A stretch of 64,000 nt of DNA from Octopus vulgaris (Eukaryota): contig OX597830.1 in the NCBI GenBank assembly GCA_951406725.2, positions 24,986,001 to 25,050,000 on the forward strand, in the 5' to 3' direction. Below are positions 38,401 to 52,774 of the stretch, in pieces. The notes below the pieces were generated by a model. It was not told where the DNA came from, ran no database searches, and worked only from the letters and a program-made list of their open reading frames with translations. How positions within the stretch are numbered: the first letter of the stretch is position 1; each line of letters starts with the position of its first letter. The translations under genes and the position numbers were made by a program.

Positions 38401-40215
38401 CCACCTTGCATCTAAAACTCCATTCCAATCCCCTACTAACATTAAAGAGTGGCACGTTCCCAGGAAAGTTTCCAGACGTCTGATAAATCTGGTCTTCCTG
38501 TCCCTGTCGGGGCATAGACGGCAACTAGCGTCCAGCACCACCGATTTACCTTCTATATCAAGGAAGACCGTCAGTATTGCAAACTCCAGATTGTTCTGAA
38601 CCATCACAGCGACTCTGCATCCCGCTCCCGGACGACTTGGAGATGGGTACATCTCATAGTCAGCGAAAATGGGTCAGAAAATAAGTCCGAAATTCTGGTT
38701 TCACTAATTGCCACCACATCGACATTCACTGTCCTGAGGTCGTTGAGCAGGTTACTCCCTTCCAAGGCGACCCCAGGCCACGTACATTCACGCTGCCGAT
38801 TCTGTACATGACCATATTGTCAGAAAAGGAAACGGAAAGAAGTGGAAAACTTACTTGGTTTTGTAAGGAGGTACAGTTTATACGTCCCTCCTGTTGACTT
38901 GGGGTGTTTCCAGCAGCAAATCACCAAAAAATCTCTTTGTGATATTCCCCCCAAAATTTCCAATTTCCTGTATGTGTTTCGCGTTGTTTGAACGATTTGT
39001 ATGTATTCAGGTAGGGAGATTGTGAGTGTGACAAAATCTTCGGGTTATGTTTGTGTGTTATTATGCACTTCACCAATTCATTGTTTTTTGTGCTTATTAC
39101 CATGTAGTTTGTAATGCTAGTCTCTTTACTTCGTTTGTTGTTGCTGTTGTCGTTGTTATTGTGATTGTTGTTGTGGTGGTTGTATGTAGGATGGGTTGTG
39201 TTTGCGGTGTTATTTGTTGAGATAGTGTTTCAAGCGTTTGTGGTGGTGGTGGTGGTGGCAATGCAGTATCTGTTTCGGGTGTATTTTTGTTGGTTTTATT
39301 TTTTCCCCTCACTACTGCTTGTATGGATAGAGATTGTTGCTGTTTGTTTTTCTTTTTGTCATTTTTCCGTGTTTTTTCTTTTTTCATTTTTTTTTTTTTG
39401 GTCTTCTACTCCTCATTTCGATCAGACTCCACATGTGATGTCCGCTCGCTCGACAACAGGAAGGGAAACATCTTCGGGTGCTGAAACATGTTTGGGGGAA
39501 CTCGGTGTCGGTATGGTTCGTATTGGTGCTGCCACGGCTGAATCGAGTTTTGGTGGTTGTTGGTATAGGGAGGAGAGACGTGCGGCTCTCTTTTTCCTTC
39601 AGTCTAGATCAGAAGGCTTTTAGATGGGTTGTCGAAAAGCAAATGTGGCACTGCTTTCCTTCCATCCACTCTGACTGAAATAATGCTGCCTCCAAGAAGA
39701 TGGATCTAGTCTGGAATGAGATCCACATTCTTTTGAGTTGTTTGGATGAGGACTTCTATCGTCATCCCGGACAAGTTCTTCTTTTTGGTTTGATAGGTTT
39801 CGAGAATTTTCGTGTTTTCCACGATGCCTATTGTTACTGCAGCAATTAGCCAAGAAATTGTTATTTCTGGCGGTGACCTGTTGTATGATTATTTTGGCCA
39901 AACTTTGACTGCAGTAGAAAGGAACCAACAACAGCTCGTCTGTGCGGAATCTCACCTCCACCATCCCGTAGCCTCTTCCTCACTGTATGCATTCCATTAG
40001 GTTCCAGACGGACCCTAAAGCTTTTTGTATTTGAGCCTCTGTGATTCTTTCTACTCTCCTTGACTTTAATCCGATTGTACGATACATCACTGTGCGTATC
40101 GTAGTTTGGATAGTTTCCATGGGCAACTATCCAAACTAGTCCGTCTCTTTCCACTAGCTGTGTGATATTTTTTACTTCCTCTTCAGTGAACTTCATTCTC
40201 TGAAGAGATGACATG
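35401..40215 (-). mobile_element. Tx1/L1-clade LINE, near full length, decayed (ORF1 about 40196-38830; ORF2 about 38809-35700)
   Basis: ORF1 has the CHICFSTTH zinc knuckle. ORF2 has APE motifs (SVNVRGL, ISETR, VGDWN, SYLDRV, TDH), RT motifs (FKPITLLNAEFKILAK, DQSKAFDRV, QGYPLS, YADDVT) and C-terminal CLRC..ETALH. A-rich 3' end at about 35401. Confidence 0.9.
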
Positions 40216-41837
40216 GAGGCACCAGCGAAACAAAGTCCAGTGTTACTCCAAGCCGTTGCACCGACCTGCTTCAAAGTTTTGTTTGTTCTGCTGATACTGA
40301 TGGGCATCATGAAAAAACCGACTCTGGCGTCATATTGTAATCAGGATCCAACCTCAGTGACACCTTTCTTTCCGGAAACAATACCAGGTGATCGAATTTT
40401 GGCGCCTCTTCCAAATCTACATTTCAGCTCAGGCGAGAACCAGGATGACAGGCTGCACAAAATACGTCCTATCGTTGACGAAGTGGCTGAAAATTTCAGA
40501 ACGGTGTATGTCACCACAAAGGACATTTGTACGGACGAGAATTTGTAGAAATTCAAGGGAAGGCCCCGATTAAAAAAATACAACCCGACTAAACGTGCCC
40601 GCTTAGTAGTCAAAATTTATAAAGTATGCCAATTAACTGACAGAGCCTGTGAGTACACGTGGAATTACAAAATCTACACTGGTCAGGACAGATTGGATCT
40701 TCCCGCGTCTACTTTAGCAGCAACTGATATCGTGTTGTCGCTGAATGAAAACTTTTTTGACAAAAGGCTACAATATTTATATGGACAACTGGTATCTAGT
40801 CCAGACCTCTTCCTGCAGCTGCAAGCGAGGAGGACTAATGCCTGTGGGACTGTGAGGACTCACAGGAAAAACATGCCACTCGATCTTCTCAAGACATAAC
40901 TTCGAAAGGGAGAAACAGTGTACCGATGCACCGATAGTGATATTCTCGCTCTAGTGTGGCGAGACAAGAAAAACGCCTGCATGTTATCCACAATACATTC
41001 TGCTAGCATGAAGGACATTAGGAATCAAGATGTGGACGGTAATGCCATAAAGAAACTGAATGTAGTTGCTTCATACAATGAATGGATGGGCGGGATCGTT
41101 CATTCAGATCAGCTGACGACGACACGCAAATCGGTGAAATGGTACAAAAAATGTTCTTGTATATAGTTGACAAGTGTGTCGTGAACTCATATTTGATTCG
41201 GCAGATACTTGGCGATGTGGGGGATGGACTAACATTCAGGAATCAATCTTGCCAAAGTACAGAACTTGTGGACGTCCCCGCGCAGGACTCTCTCCTCACC
41301 GCATAGTGAAGGGACGTGAACATTTTCCCCCCACTGCCAAGAAAACAAATGCTTCAAAGAGATGCACAGTATGTAAAGCAAAAAGAAAACACAAGGAAAC
41401 TAGATAGCATTGTTCACAATGTGATATGCCACTGTGTGTAGTACTCAGTTTTGAACTCTACCACACTAAAGAAATTTTTGAATTCACGTGATTGTAAATA
41501 CACGAACTTGTGTCGAGTGATCTTATTCAGGAATAATACCGCATGAGCGTCCTGCACAGGGATATAATTTAGGTAAATAAACAGTACTTGCACAAAAGCG
41601 GTTGACGTAAATATACGCCGAACGTAATCTCGCATTGAGCGCTGGCCTCAATCGGCGCGATTCCCGTTGCCGCGCGCAAGCAACTGAATGGATCACCGTC
41701 GTAAACTAGTTAAAGCGGTTGATGTAAATTTACGCCGAACCATTGTCGTGCGTTAATTACTGATCTCAGCCGAGATGATTACCGTCAATGTAACGTAGTT
41801 GCTTGATAAAATAAAATAAAAAACCGTTGTCATGGGG
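40215..41837 (+). mobile_element. piggyBac (PGBD4-like) transposon, 5'-truncated and decayed
   Basis: DRLHKIRP, ICTDE, FKGR, MDNWY, ACGTVR, WRDKK, YNEWMGG, KWYKK and a C-terminal Cys-rich domain. Subterminal direct repeats aaagcggttgaYgtaaatWtacgccgaac; ends GGG|TTAA (41838-41841). Confidence 0.9.
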
Positions 41838-41841
41838 TTAA

Positions 41842-42587
41842 AGGAGACGGCTAGAACAGCACTTTGAATAAACCCTACTAAACACTGTTAGTCACGGTTG
41901 ACTAGCTTGCAGAAAACAGTCGCGACGTGAAGATAATTTGGAAGTCCGCTATCCGATCAAATTTTGTCCTATAATGGGCATAAATGCTACAGAGACCTTT
42001 GAAATGCTCCAGACTGCATATGAGCCGAGCATCTGTTTTGCGCTGGCACAAGAGGTTCGAGGATGGTAAGAAGTGAGAGACAATGAGAGGTGTGGGTGGT
42101 GGAAGACGTCAGGACATCAGGGATGGTTGAAAAAATTCGCAGTTTTCTGGATAAAGATCGTCGTATGTCTATAAAGACAATAAGCATACAGTTTGGAGTT
42201 GGTGTGACAACTGTGCAAAACTTGTGCAAAGTTTGTTTCCAGGATGCTCAGTGACGAACATCCTGGTAACCAACTACTTGACAGAGATGGGCATCAAACC
42301 GTCCCTCATCTTCCATACAGCCCAGACCTTGCACCTGTGACTTTTGGTTGTTCCCCGAGTTAAAGAAGAACGTCAGGGGCAGTCGTTTTGAAGATGAAAG
42401 AGGCTGTAACAAGGGTTCTGAACACCACTTTGAGGGCTTCCATGGAGCTTTCACGAAGTGGATGGAACGCTACAAGTGTACTGAAGTCAGAGGATCGTAC
42501 GTTTTAAGGATATTATAGTTTCATATTTCTTTGAAATTAATAAATATCTCTCCAGGAATAGTTTCAAAACTTCTGGAATGCACCTTG
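41842..42587 (+). mobile_element. Internally deleted mariner transposon lacking its left TIR
   Basis: YPIKFC, RWHKRF, DRRMSIK and HLPYSPDLAP motifs; right TIR ...aaaacttctggaatgcaccttg followed by TA. Confidence 0.85.
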
Positions 42588-43699
42588 TATAAATGCACAC
42601 AAACACATGTGCACATAAATAAATAAATAAATGTGCGTGTAAATATAGTTAGATACAGGCATGCATATAAAAGTACATAACTAGATACATATGTGCTTGT
42701 AAGTATACGTAAATAGGTAAGCTCTATGTGGACATATACTTGGTATTCCGTACTACAAAGTACAACTATAAAATTTAACTAATAGGCAAATGTAAACACC
42801 TTAGCCCTATACTCTAAATCTTCGTGAACAGAAAAGAGGAGCCCTAGAAGTTGAGAAAAGAGAAGAGCTAGAAAGTGTTAAAGGAAGAGAACCCTTTATC
42901 AAATGAGTATCTGCCTTGAATATATTTTATACTGGGGAACCAAACCATATCCAGAGAATCGTTTAAGATATTTAGTTACCGTTTCAGTAGGGTAATCGAA
43001 GGTATGTTTTAGTCCCCTAATTAACCATCATTATGTCTAACTCATCTATGTGACCCAGTTAGTGATGGGAGGAGGTTATTGATGGTGATCGGAGTAATAG
43101 TGGTAGTGTGCCAATATTTGTTATGCCAGTGTTTCATCTTCCGATGAAGCGTAATGTCATGTCCTTCATGCATTAGTCTGTGCCAAGTGAGTTTTAAAGT
43201 CAGTGTATTTCCTTTCTTTGGATATTTACAATATCTAATTGTAAAATACGGGCGAATTTTTCATTTGTGGATAGAATATGCTGTGATTATGAATGTGTTG
43301 TGGGAGCAAACTTTGGAAACTTTAAACTATGCTCTTTCTTAAGAAAATGACTTGCGGGTATCAATATTATATCATACTTTTTTTTAAATATGTCAGTTTC
43401 GAGCTTTCTTTTTTAATGTGTGTGTTTACGGTACTAGTTTTTGACTCTAACATCTGAGATATTTGTTCTGTGAGGGAAATCTGTTACATGTTTATTATAA
43501 ACCGTAAAGATCCTGACATCAGCAGGTAGCTTTCACAGAAAGTGATATTCACACACTCCACGTCAGATGAAAAGAAACAGAAGCTCAAGATCAGTTCAAA
43601 CAACTTTTGATTGACGTAAATTATGACGAAGATAGTATTAGCCAGAATATATGCATCAACCAAATGCTCAAAAGTGAAGAGAACATCAAGCTTCCGATA

Positions 43700-44530
43700 C
43701 AGCATAATATTGTTGCTGAAACTTGTATACAAGACTTTCTTGGGGTTAAATATGGAAAATATCCCTGATATTGACTAAAATGCGTTTCAACAAAACGGCT
43801 ACTAATGGAAAAATCCTGTCACAATTTCTGCGAAATGTAAGCACAAATCGGCCTGACATAATTATTTGTGAAATAAACATTTATTTCAAAGTCAGTGAGA
43901 AAGATAATGTTGACGAATAAACGTTTCGAACCTTAGAGCTTCTCTTTCCAGTATACAAATAAGAATTTACAATTAGTACCTCAAATTATTCTTTTCTACT
44001 CTAGGCACAATGCCCGAAATTTTCTGGGGAGGGGGCCAGTCGATAAGACCGACCCAATACGTAACAGGTATTTAATTTATCGACCTCGAAAGGATGAAAG
44101 GCAAAGTCGACCTCGGCTGAATTTGAACTCAGAACGTAACGGCAGACGAAATACCTATTTCTTTACAACCCTCAAGTGGCTACACACAGAGAGGACAAAC
44201 AAGGACAGACAAACGGATTAAGTCGATTATATCGACCCCAGTGCGTAACTGGTACTTATTTAATCGACCCAGAAAGGATGAAAAGCAAAGTCGACCTCGA
44301 CGGAATTTGAACTCAGAACGTAACGGCAGACGAAATACCGCTAAGCATTTCGCCCGGTGTGCTAACGTTTCTGATAGCTCACCGCCTTAGTACCTCAAAT
44401 TATTGGAATACTCGGTGGTGTAACTAAATGCTTAAGTAGTAACCTGGAAAGGATGGGATTTTAAGCAAAGAAAATAACCATCGGACACATTTTCTGCACG
44501 TTCAGTCTATAAGATAATCTGAAAATAAAC
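43700..44530 (+). mobile_element. Old RLE-type LINE 3' fragment interrupted by a SINE
   Basis: KCKH/NRPDIII, SEKDN, IIGILGGVTKCLSSNLERMGF. Confidence 0.55.
43991..44386 (-). mobile_element. Dimeric SINE A
   Basis: Perfect 18-bp TSD ttagtacctcaaattatt (43973-43990 / 44387-44404). Confidence 0.93.
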
Positions 44531-44759
44531 AAGACTTTTCTAAAATTCAAGATCTTACCTTGTATCGTTGTCGTAGTCTAAATTCTAGCGAAGGAGTTTT
44601 GGTTCTTTAGTGGAAAGCACATTTTCCTTTGTTGGAGGAGTTCATAGGACTAAAAGAAAAAAAAAAGAAATATAACAGACATACATGCATGTTATCATAC
44701 ATACATACATACATCTATGCATACATGTACGAATGTATGTGTGTGTGAGTGTGTGTGTG

Positions 44760-45295
44760 AGTGGACGTGTGGTTTAATGGTTAGGGTGCTGCACTCACTA
44801 TCGCGTCGCGAGATTGTGATTTCAATTCCTAGACCGGGTGGTGCGTTGAGTTCTTCAGCAAAACACTTCACTTTAAGCTGCTCTGCAATCACTTCGGCAC
44901 CTGACTCGTGGCACACTGTGCCCCTGTTCAGACAACGTCGATTTGATGGAGGGAGTGAGCTAATGTGCGGCACGTACATTTCATCACAATAAACAAATCA
45001 TTTGTGCAGGTCGAACGGCAAAAACTGAACGCTCACACTTCGTCTTCGACGGGAGAGTCCATCATATACGCTCGTATATACATATACATATATGCGCGCG
45101 CGTGCGTGTGTGTGTGTATGGCAGAATCGTTAGCACGCCGAGCAAAATGCTTTAGCGGCATTCCATCCGTCTAATTCCGCTGAGGTCGACTTTGCCTTTC
45201 ATCTTTTCTGGGTCGATAAAATGAGTACCAGTTGTGCACTGGGGTCAATGTAATCGACTTATCTCCTCCATCGCACTTGCTAGCCTTGGAACCAA
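44760..45295 (+). mobile_element. Family D-like SINE (about 44760-45062) followed by a 5'-clipped SINE A (about 45119-45295)
   Basis: tRNA-like head ggtttaatggttaggg...tcaattcct; family A motifs downstream. Confidence 0.75.
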
Positions 45296-45296
45296 T

Positions 45297-45389
<93 letters not shown>

Positions 45390-46828
45390 TACATACCTAA
45401 GGAAAATACTGTTTCCTAAATAATCATAATATTCAGTTCATCAATAAATTTCTCTCTCCCACCTATAAAGCAGATCTCATTTGTCTTTAACTACGTTTTC
45501 TGCGTAAAATTTCCCATATTGTTATAAAAGAGAACAAATCAACAGTATTTATTTAGAAGAGAGAGAGAGAAAAGAAAAAATGCCGTCTATTTAGCCTATT
45601 ATTTCTGACAAATTACAGCAACTGCCTTGCTGGGTGGAAGAGGAGAGGAGAGATGAACACTATATGCTGAAACACTACCCCTGTAGTTATTATGGTTCTA
45701 CATGTGAGCCAAATATAAACTAAACATTTTCGAATCTTAAACCAAAACCAGGAAGTGTATCGCCATAAATTAGACAAAAATTTATTCTGGGAGGGAAACA
45801 AATGTATGAGTTTTACAGATTTTTTTCCCATCTTTTAAATATATTTTTAGCGTATTAAAAAACGATAATGATGTTTTTTTTAATGATAATTTTCTTTTGA
45901 AAAATCCTTTTGGCGGTAAAAAGGTAAAAATATTATATATTAGGTCATTGTTGGAGCTCTGACACCCACTAGCATATTATAATGATAGCTCAGTAATAGA
46001 GTAGTTAAGTTCGCTTTATAACCATACCGTTCTTGGTTCGATCCCGCTACACGGAATCTTTGACAAGTGGTATCATGGTCCCAGATTGACTATTTCTTTG
46101 GGAGTAATATTTTGGTCGAGGAAACTTGTGTATGTAAATATGTATGCATGTACATCTTTTATCGATGTATAATCAATGAAAGATATATAAACGTGGGCAA
46201 GAAAACTGAAAAATCACTGTTTTAAGGGGCAAATTTGAGATATTTATTTCACATCGAGCTACAGACTCTCCCTCGCCACTAGCTGTCATAAATGCAATGA
46301 ACCAATAATAGATCCGCTGAACACTTTTAACTTACTGTTTGTCAACGGTTGAGATTTAAAAAAAGTAATACTAGGGGTCAACTTGTTTAAAAGTCATAAG
46401 ATAGAAAAATCACACTAGAAAAAGTTTGGTCAAATTGACAAGAAACTGAAGGGCGTTGTAGAAATGGGGTGCATATTGTAGGCCTGACCTTGGATGCTAT
46501 ATATCTCGGCGAAGACCTCATTTGAGAAAAGAAGGGAGAAGTTGGGAGTGTGGAATGAATGGATCAGGAATTAGGGCTATGACGACACGAAAGAGTGGAA
46601 ACTAAGAATTAAAGAGAGGAGGTGGAAAGAGCCAATAGAAAAAGCAAAGATTTCAAGTAAAGAAGGAAACAGAATGAAAACTGTAATTAGTGGGAGTTAG
46701 AGATATAAAAAGTGGCAGATAGGCAAATTAATGAAATATAAGGGTGCCCATATCATATATTTTAATTTGGAATTATATAATTATTTAGCATGTAGTAGTA
46801 AAAGATATTGTATAAAAAAAAATATTTC

Positions 46829-47072
46829 CTTCTCGAGCCATGCCAGGCTCACGTGGTCTGGTTTCCCGGTTTCAGTGGCGTATGTATTTCCCATCTGGAC
46901 GAGATGCTGGTCCTTCGCAGAATTACTCATTTTTGCTAACTGAATAAACTGGAGCAACGTGGAATGAAGTGTTTTGCTCAAGAGCACAGCGCGTTGCCCT
47001 GTCCAGGAATCGAAACCATAATGTTACGATTATGAGTCCAACAACCCTAACTACTTAGCCACGCACCTCCAC
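46829..47072 (-). mobile_element. Family D-like SINE with an alternative tail
   Basis: Reverse-complement head and ctcttgagcaaaacact core. Confidence 0.75.
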
Positions 47073-47779
47073 AAAAGATATTGTATACCACATAGCAAAG
47101 ACTCAAATTTTGACATCAGACCGGAGCAAATGCATTTGTTTTTGTTTCTTCACGTGCGGTTTCACCCAACCCATCACGGCCATAGCTTTCTGCCGAGCTC
47201 AACCTATCGACCAGAGTCGCCTTAACAACCTTATAGGCCCTGGAATAAACCAATGCGCTGGGCTCTATAGTATATATTTAGCGACAACAAACCGAAGCAT
47301 AAATAGATCAAAACTGGGCCCCTATACACAAGGGGCCAATGGACTGCTGCCCAGTGTGCCCTTTCCTTAAGACGATACTACTCTCTCCTTCGAACAGAAC
47401 AAAAATCTACGGTGTCTTCTGGTCAATAGCTCCCTATCCACATCCAACATGAGCGCTGTTACGGACATCAGACAGAGAAGGTGGGGCTTATTAGGAGAAA
47501 CGTAACATCGGAAGCAAGTGCAAGGGTTAAGTGAAACCCGTGACTTGAGTTTTCCCGTTCGCTCACCGACCATCTCATCTCTGTCAGCGATATCATTTTA
47601 TTTTCAATCGGGGAACTTCTGCTCCAGGTTGAATGAATGAATAAACGCCACTACTTCCTATGGTTCTCTTTTTCACCTTATCAGCTTCCATGTTCACCCC
47701 CTAGTGTTCTTTTCCTTTCTATTCTTTCAATTGAATATAGTTTATATCTATATTGTTTGTATTTATGTACGCGTGTATA

Positions 47780-48000
47780 TCTATATATATAAAACTCAAC
47801 TTGTGTATCTGTGTGTGTGTGCGTTTAACTTCCCGGCACATCTCCTCCTAGTCAACAAATCGTAGAACCACCAAAAATGGGTCACTTAAAGTTTAGGCGA
47901 ATGAAAATTGAACTGCGCTAGTTCTGTTCCGAAATTCATCTCGCAAGTGCAAAAATCGATAATGTGTTTGTTTAGGCTTTATCCCATGCATTGAATAGTG
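47780..48000 (+). mobile_element. Probable Helitron 5' end
   Basis: A|TCTATATATATAAAA...tgtgtg start, like 11349; 3' end not located. Confidence 0.45.
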
Positions 48001-48789
48001 AACTTTACTCAGTCAGCTGTTTGACGTGAACTGTGTTCACCACGCGTGCAAGCATGCGTAAATTGCATGAAAAATAAAAAATCAAGATATGGAAACGAAT
48101 CGCCGTAAACATTGTAGAAATTTGGCAAAGAAATGAATTTTCGGGATGTAGCCTGGAGGGTTTTTTCGTATTAATCGTTTGGACTTTGTGAACACATACC
48201 AAGTGTTTTCATAACCTTTTTAACTCTTTGAATTAAATGTGACCATTTTGCGTTGAGTCTACAGCTTGAATCACTTTAACCAAATTTTAGCAGGCCGGAT
48301 TTTTGATCATCACGATACATCGCCAGCGACTCCCTGAAACTCTCCCCTGAAATCCCCGTTGAGAAATCTATTATATATATAATAATACTTTGAATGTGAC
48401 TCCTGAGAAAGAGTAAAAGTAATTATCCGATGAACGACGGGTATTACTGCTAGTATAGACATATATGAGAACATTTTTATAAACAAAATTTGAGGCGCCG
48501 AGTGAGTTGGTATTTTGCCGGAAACAAGAACCTCGAAAGCAGAACAGCTGTAGAAACAGCTTCAAAGATCTAATAAATACCATTAAAAGACGAGAAAAAG
48601 TGACCAGCAAGCCGCTACAGTGTATGTGTACGTATGCGTGTGCATGTGTGCGTGCGTGCGCGCTTGTGCGTGTGTTCGTGTATGCGTGCGCATGTAGGCT
48701 TGCATCTATATGGATGTGTATAACATAAGTGGACGTGCTCATTTGTGATACGGCTGTGTTTATGTGTGTGACTGTGTTTTTTTATATTC

Positions 48790-48969
48790 TACTTGATTAA
48801 GTCGTTAGAGTGTGGCCATACAGGAGCGCCGCCTTGAAGAATTTTTCTTCCTTTTTTAAGCCTAGTGCTTATTCTATTAATACCTTTTGCTGAACCGTTA
48901 GGTTACGGTGACATAAGCACACGAACATGGTTGTCAAACGGTGGTGGGGAAAAACGCACGCACACACAT

Positions 48970-49012
<43 letters not shown>

Positions 49013-49160
49013 TCGAACATCTTTCAGTTTTTGTCACTGTCAATGCTTTGGTTGGCCCGAATCTACAGTAGAAGACACTTGCTCAAGGTGTCACGCAGCG
49101 GGACTGAACCCGAACCATGTGGTTCGGAAGCAAACCTCTTATCACACAGCCACACCTGCG
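48790..49160 (-). mobile_element. SINE family B (diverged)
   Basis: Reverse-complement consensus. Confidence 0.8.
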
Positions 49161-49472
49161 ACTGTATGAGTGTGCGCAATCTCTTTTACTGCTGCTGGTC
49201 AAATAATTAAGTCAGGTTCAACTTAAAATAGTAACAGTTTTCGTCCTGTTTCTCTCTTAACCTGAACTCATCACCATTTCTTTTAGAGGCAAAATCACTT
49301 TCTGGTTTGCCTTTTTAATTCTTATCTTCTTCCATCTTCGTTAATCTTCTGACCCCCTCACACCGCCACTCTCTTCACCTTTCCTTTCAGTTCTCGTATC
49401 ATTCTTTCATCTCCAGTTCTTTCCTTCGTTTAGATGCCTCCAACCTAAATGACAACAATTCTCTCAGCACTC

Positions 49473-49516
<44 letters not shown>

Positions 49517-50943
49517 CTCTCTCCCTCTCTCTCAGACGAAGGGTAAGACCCGAAACTGTAACTTCCTTCACTCCTCACGACAAAGAACGATTTCTTTTCC
49601 ACACGAATATCAACCGACAGCAGTTCAGCCCACATCGACCTCACCAGCCAAAAGGGACATGCAAATGTCATTCACATCGCCCTTCTTCTCCCAAATAATA
49701 ATGATAGTTACGAAAAGCATACGTTATACGAAGACAAGATGTTCAGAGATGCAGCAACGACATACTAAACTAAGAAACCATATATTTTGACATAAGAATT
49801 GACATAGCGAACACCAACAGATCGTCTTACTTATAACAAAGTCGTTTTCTTTATCAGAGTTATATATAATCATCTCAGTCTAGTAGACAATGGGTTATGT
49901 TTCTAATAACAATATTATCCTTTTCCTTTTAAACCAGAAAAACAATCTTCCCCGGGATATAGATTTGTTCCTTCCTGTTGTCTAGTCTCATCAGACAATA
50001 GAAATACTGTTTCTTATTAATTATAATCTTGATATTTTTCGGTCTGTTATACATATATACAACGCACATGTTTACTATTCTTATCTGATAAGTATTTTCC
50101 TCGGCCTACTTTTACGAACAATTGCGTAGTATTGTAGCGACAGGGTTAAAAACGACAATCTTGCATTTTTTGTGTTGTTATTTCTTATTCTGACATTTCA
50201 GCAAGAAGTCATCGTTAGTATTGAAATGACGTAGATATTCAAAATTTATTGAATTTATATATATTTCTTTCAAGAATGGACTTTAGATAAGTGAATCTTA
50301 GAGATAATAAGAATCGGCAGAAAAACTCGATTCTTGGCACTCGAAGCTAGAAAGAAAAAAAGGACCCATCCTATCTTCGTTATAATTCTAATATTTTATT
50401 GAATTAATAACTGACAAGCAAATATCTGTAAAACTACAATTATATATGTATTTCTTATACGATAGGATGTACTTCCTTTCATGTGGGCAAGGATTAAACA
50501 CCTCACTCCTGGTATTCAGTTAAATATCCGAGCGTTGGGTAGCCTTTAAAATCGCTCTTTTCTCAGTCAAGCATATGCAAAATAAGAACGAAATGTGTTT
50601 TCCCTTTCATATTTCAGGGAATTAATTCCAAAGTTAATTACAACCGTCGAATTATTTCAAAATACAATGATATGCAGTGAAAAACAGATTATCACATCAA
50701 ATTATTTCAAAAGACATAATTACATATTCCGAAATATCATATCGTATCCAAAATTCATCATTATTACTACAATCAAATCATTTCAAAATACAATTGTAAA
50801 TAAAATACAATTTCAAAATAACTCATCGAACTTTTCATATTCCATAATTACAAAAATACTAATTAATTCGCAGAAATATAAAGGATAAAACGCATTTTAT
50901 TATTATTATTATTCCATATCTCTTGATTTGTGTGGAATACTTT

Positions 50944-51649
50944 TAACGTGGGTGATGGGGCAAAATAAGTAACCGGGGTAAAATGAATAATTTCTGATTT
51001 CTCGTTTTCTCCCTTCCTATTTGAAATCATTTTGTCCTGTTGCATCATTTTTAGGAGTAAAAAACTGGTCAACATATTTGTTGTTGTAGTTAAGAGAGTT
51101 TGAAACATAGATAACAGGTACTTTCTTTTTCAAGAAATTTTTCCTTAACTTTAACCTGTTGGCAATTGATGTTGCTTATAAAATATCTGAATAATTTATG
51201 GTGATTCACAATCAGTATTCTTTCCTCTGTTGGACTCTCTTGGATTCCACGTCAATTTTTTCTCACACTAATGTCTAATTCCATTATTTTCAATTTTCAA
51301 AACTATGGAACTTAATTGGGGCAAAATAAGTAATGATTAATGTCAGTAATTTCTTCTCTTTAACTGTATTTTACGTAAATATATCGAGAAGAAGTTATAG
51401 AGAATATTTTATGTTAAGTTTATTTTTATTTAGTCGAGTTTCGTTAATTTCATATCATGTGCCATTTTCCCATGATCCACTTTCATTTGAGACCTAGATA
51501 TTTTAAACTTTTGTTGCATTTCTGATCTTTCTGATATCTAAGGATGGATATTGATGTGTATGAGTCTTTTTACAAATGTAATTCTGGAGAAATGAAAAGG
51601 TAAAATTACCTTATCATGGCTTACTCATTTTGCCCCAGCTTAACTTTTA
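50944..51649. mobile_element. MITE-like element with GGGGCAAAATRAGTAA terminal and internal repeats
   Basis: tggggcaaaataagtaa at about 50956 and 51317; inverted ttactcattttgcccca at 51621. Confidence 0.6.
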
Positions 51650-52008
51650 TAAGCTCAAAGAGGACGGAGACAATTTCAAGTATAAATGGTAACACATGTA
51701 TCTTAAAGTGATCACAGTGTGGACGAAATCCAGACGTAGAGCACTGGGCAAAATGGTAAACGTTCGCTTAATCTCCATTTTTAGCACAATTTCCCGCACA
51801 ACGCAGGTGGTGTTGCATCCTGAGGATTGTTATCTTATTTTCTAATGATCTGCCTTCTATAAGACTTCTTTCGTATATTTAAATACAAATGTGCATGTGT
51901 ACATATGACTTCGCAGATGTAATCCCAGATGTGTGCTAAGTCAATATGCATTTCACTAATGTCTGTATTACTATGTAACTGTCGTATGGGCAAGACGAAT
52001 GATACATT

Positions 52009-52115
<107 letters not shown>

Positions 52116-52774
52116 TTTCATGTCAAAGCAACTGATACTTAGGCGTAATTGCCGAGCTCATAGCTTTCTTCTGTTCCAATATTGGGTGTGTTTTCAGTTG
52201 CAATATTATTTATTGTGGGTGTTGGGAGCGTTTTGTGTTGTCCTCAGTTGATAATGTCAAACAGTTACAGTAAAGCATCGTCTGGTGAATTGGCAGGAAA
52301 TCTGACAAAATATCTTACAGTATTTAGTAATGACCTTTTACGTTCTGAGTTCGAATCCCGCCGAGGTCAATAAAGTAAAATATTGGTCAAGTAACTGAAG
52401 TCGATATGTATTCTTACAATGCATCTTAGTTGTAAAGTAACGAAACGTTAATCGATTGCTGTCGAGAGAAGTGTGTCCCCTACAATATCAATTTCCACGT
52501 ATCGATTAGCTGTGAACGAGTTTTGGTAACAGGTAAAGAAATTAAATTTAATCATCGAGACGAAAAGACTTAAATCTTTCACTTCTTTCAATCATCAGAC
52601 CGTGACGATGCAGGGGTACTAACTCGAAAAGTTTTGGCCGAACGAATAGGACCAGTACTTATTTATTAGGTCTGGTACGTTTTCTATCGGTTGTTTGCTG
52701 AACTGTTAAGTCACGGGGTCGTAAATATACCAACACCGGTTTTAAAGCGGTGGTGATCGACAAACACAAGTACA

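Noticed and set aside
29650-41450. Intact, active RT or transposase genes
   Set aside because: The Dong, Tx1 and piggyBac reading frames all contain multiple stops and frameshifts.
43915-43950. GAAACG hammerhead-like motif on the minus strand
   Set aside because: Better explained as coding sequence of the decayed RLE LINE on the plus strand.
47100-47600. Possible L1 endonuclease remnant on the minus strand
   Set aside because: Only vague motif resemblance; not supportable without a search.
49930-50000. CUGAUGA plus a long hairpin on the minus strand
   Set aside because: No GAAA or stem III in register; at most a truncated hammerhead relic.
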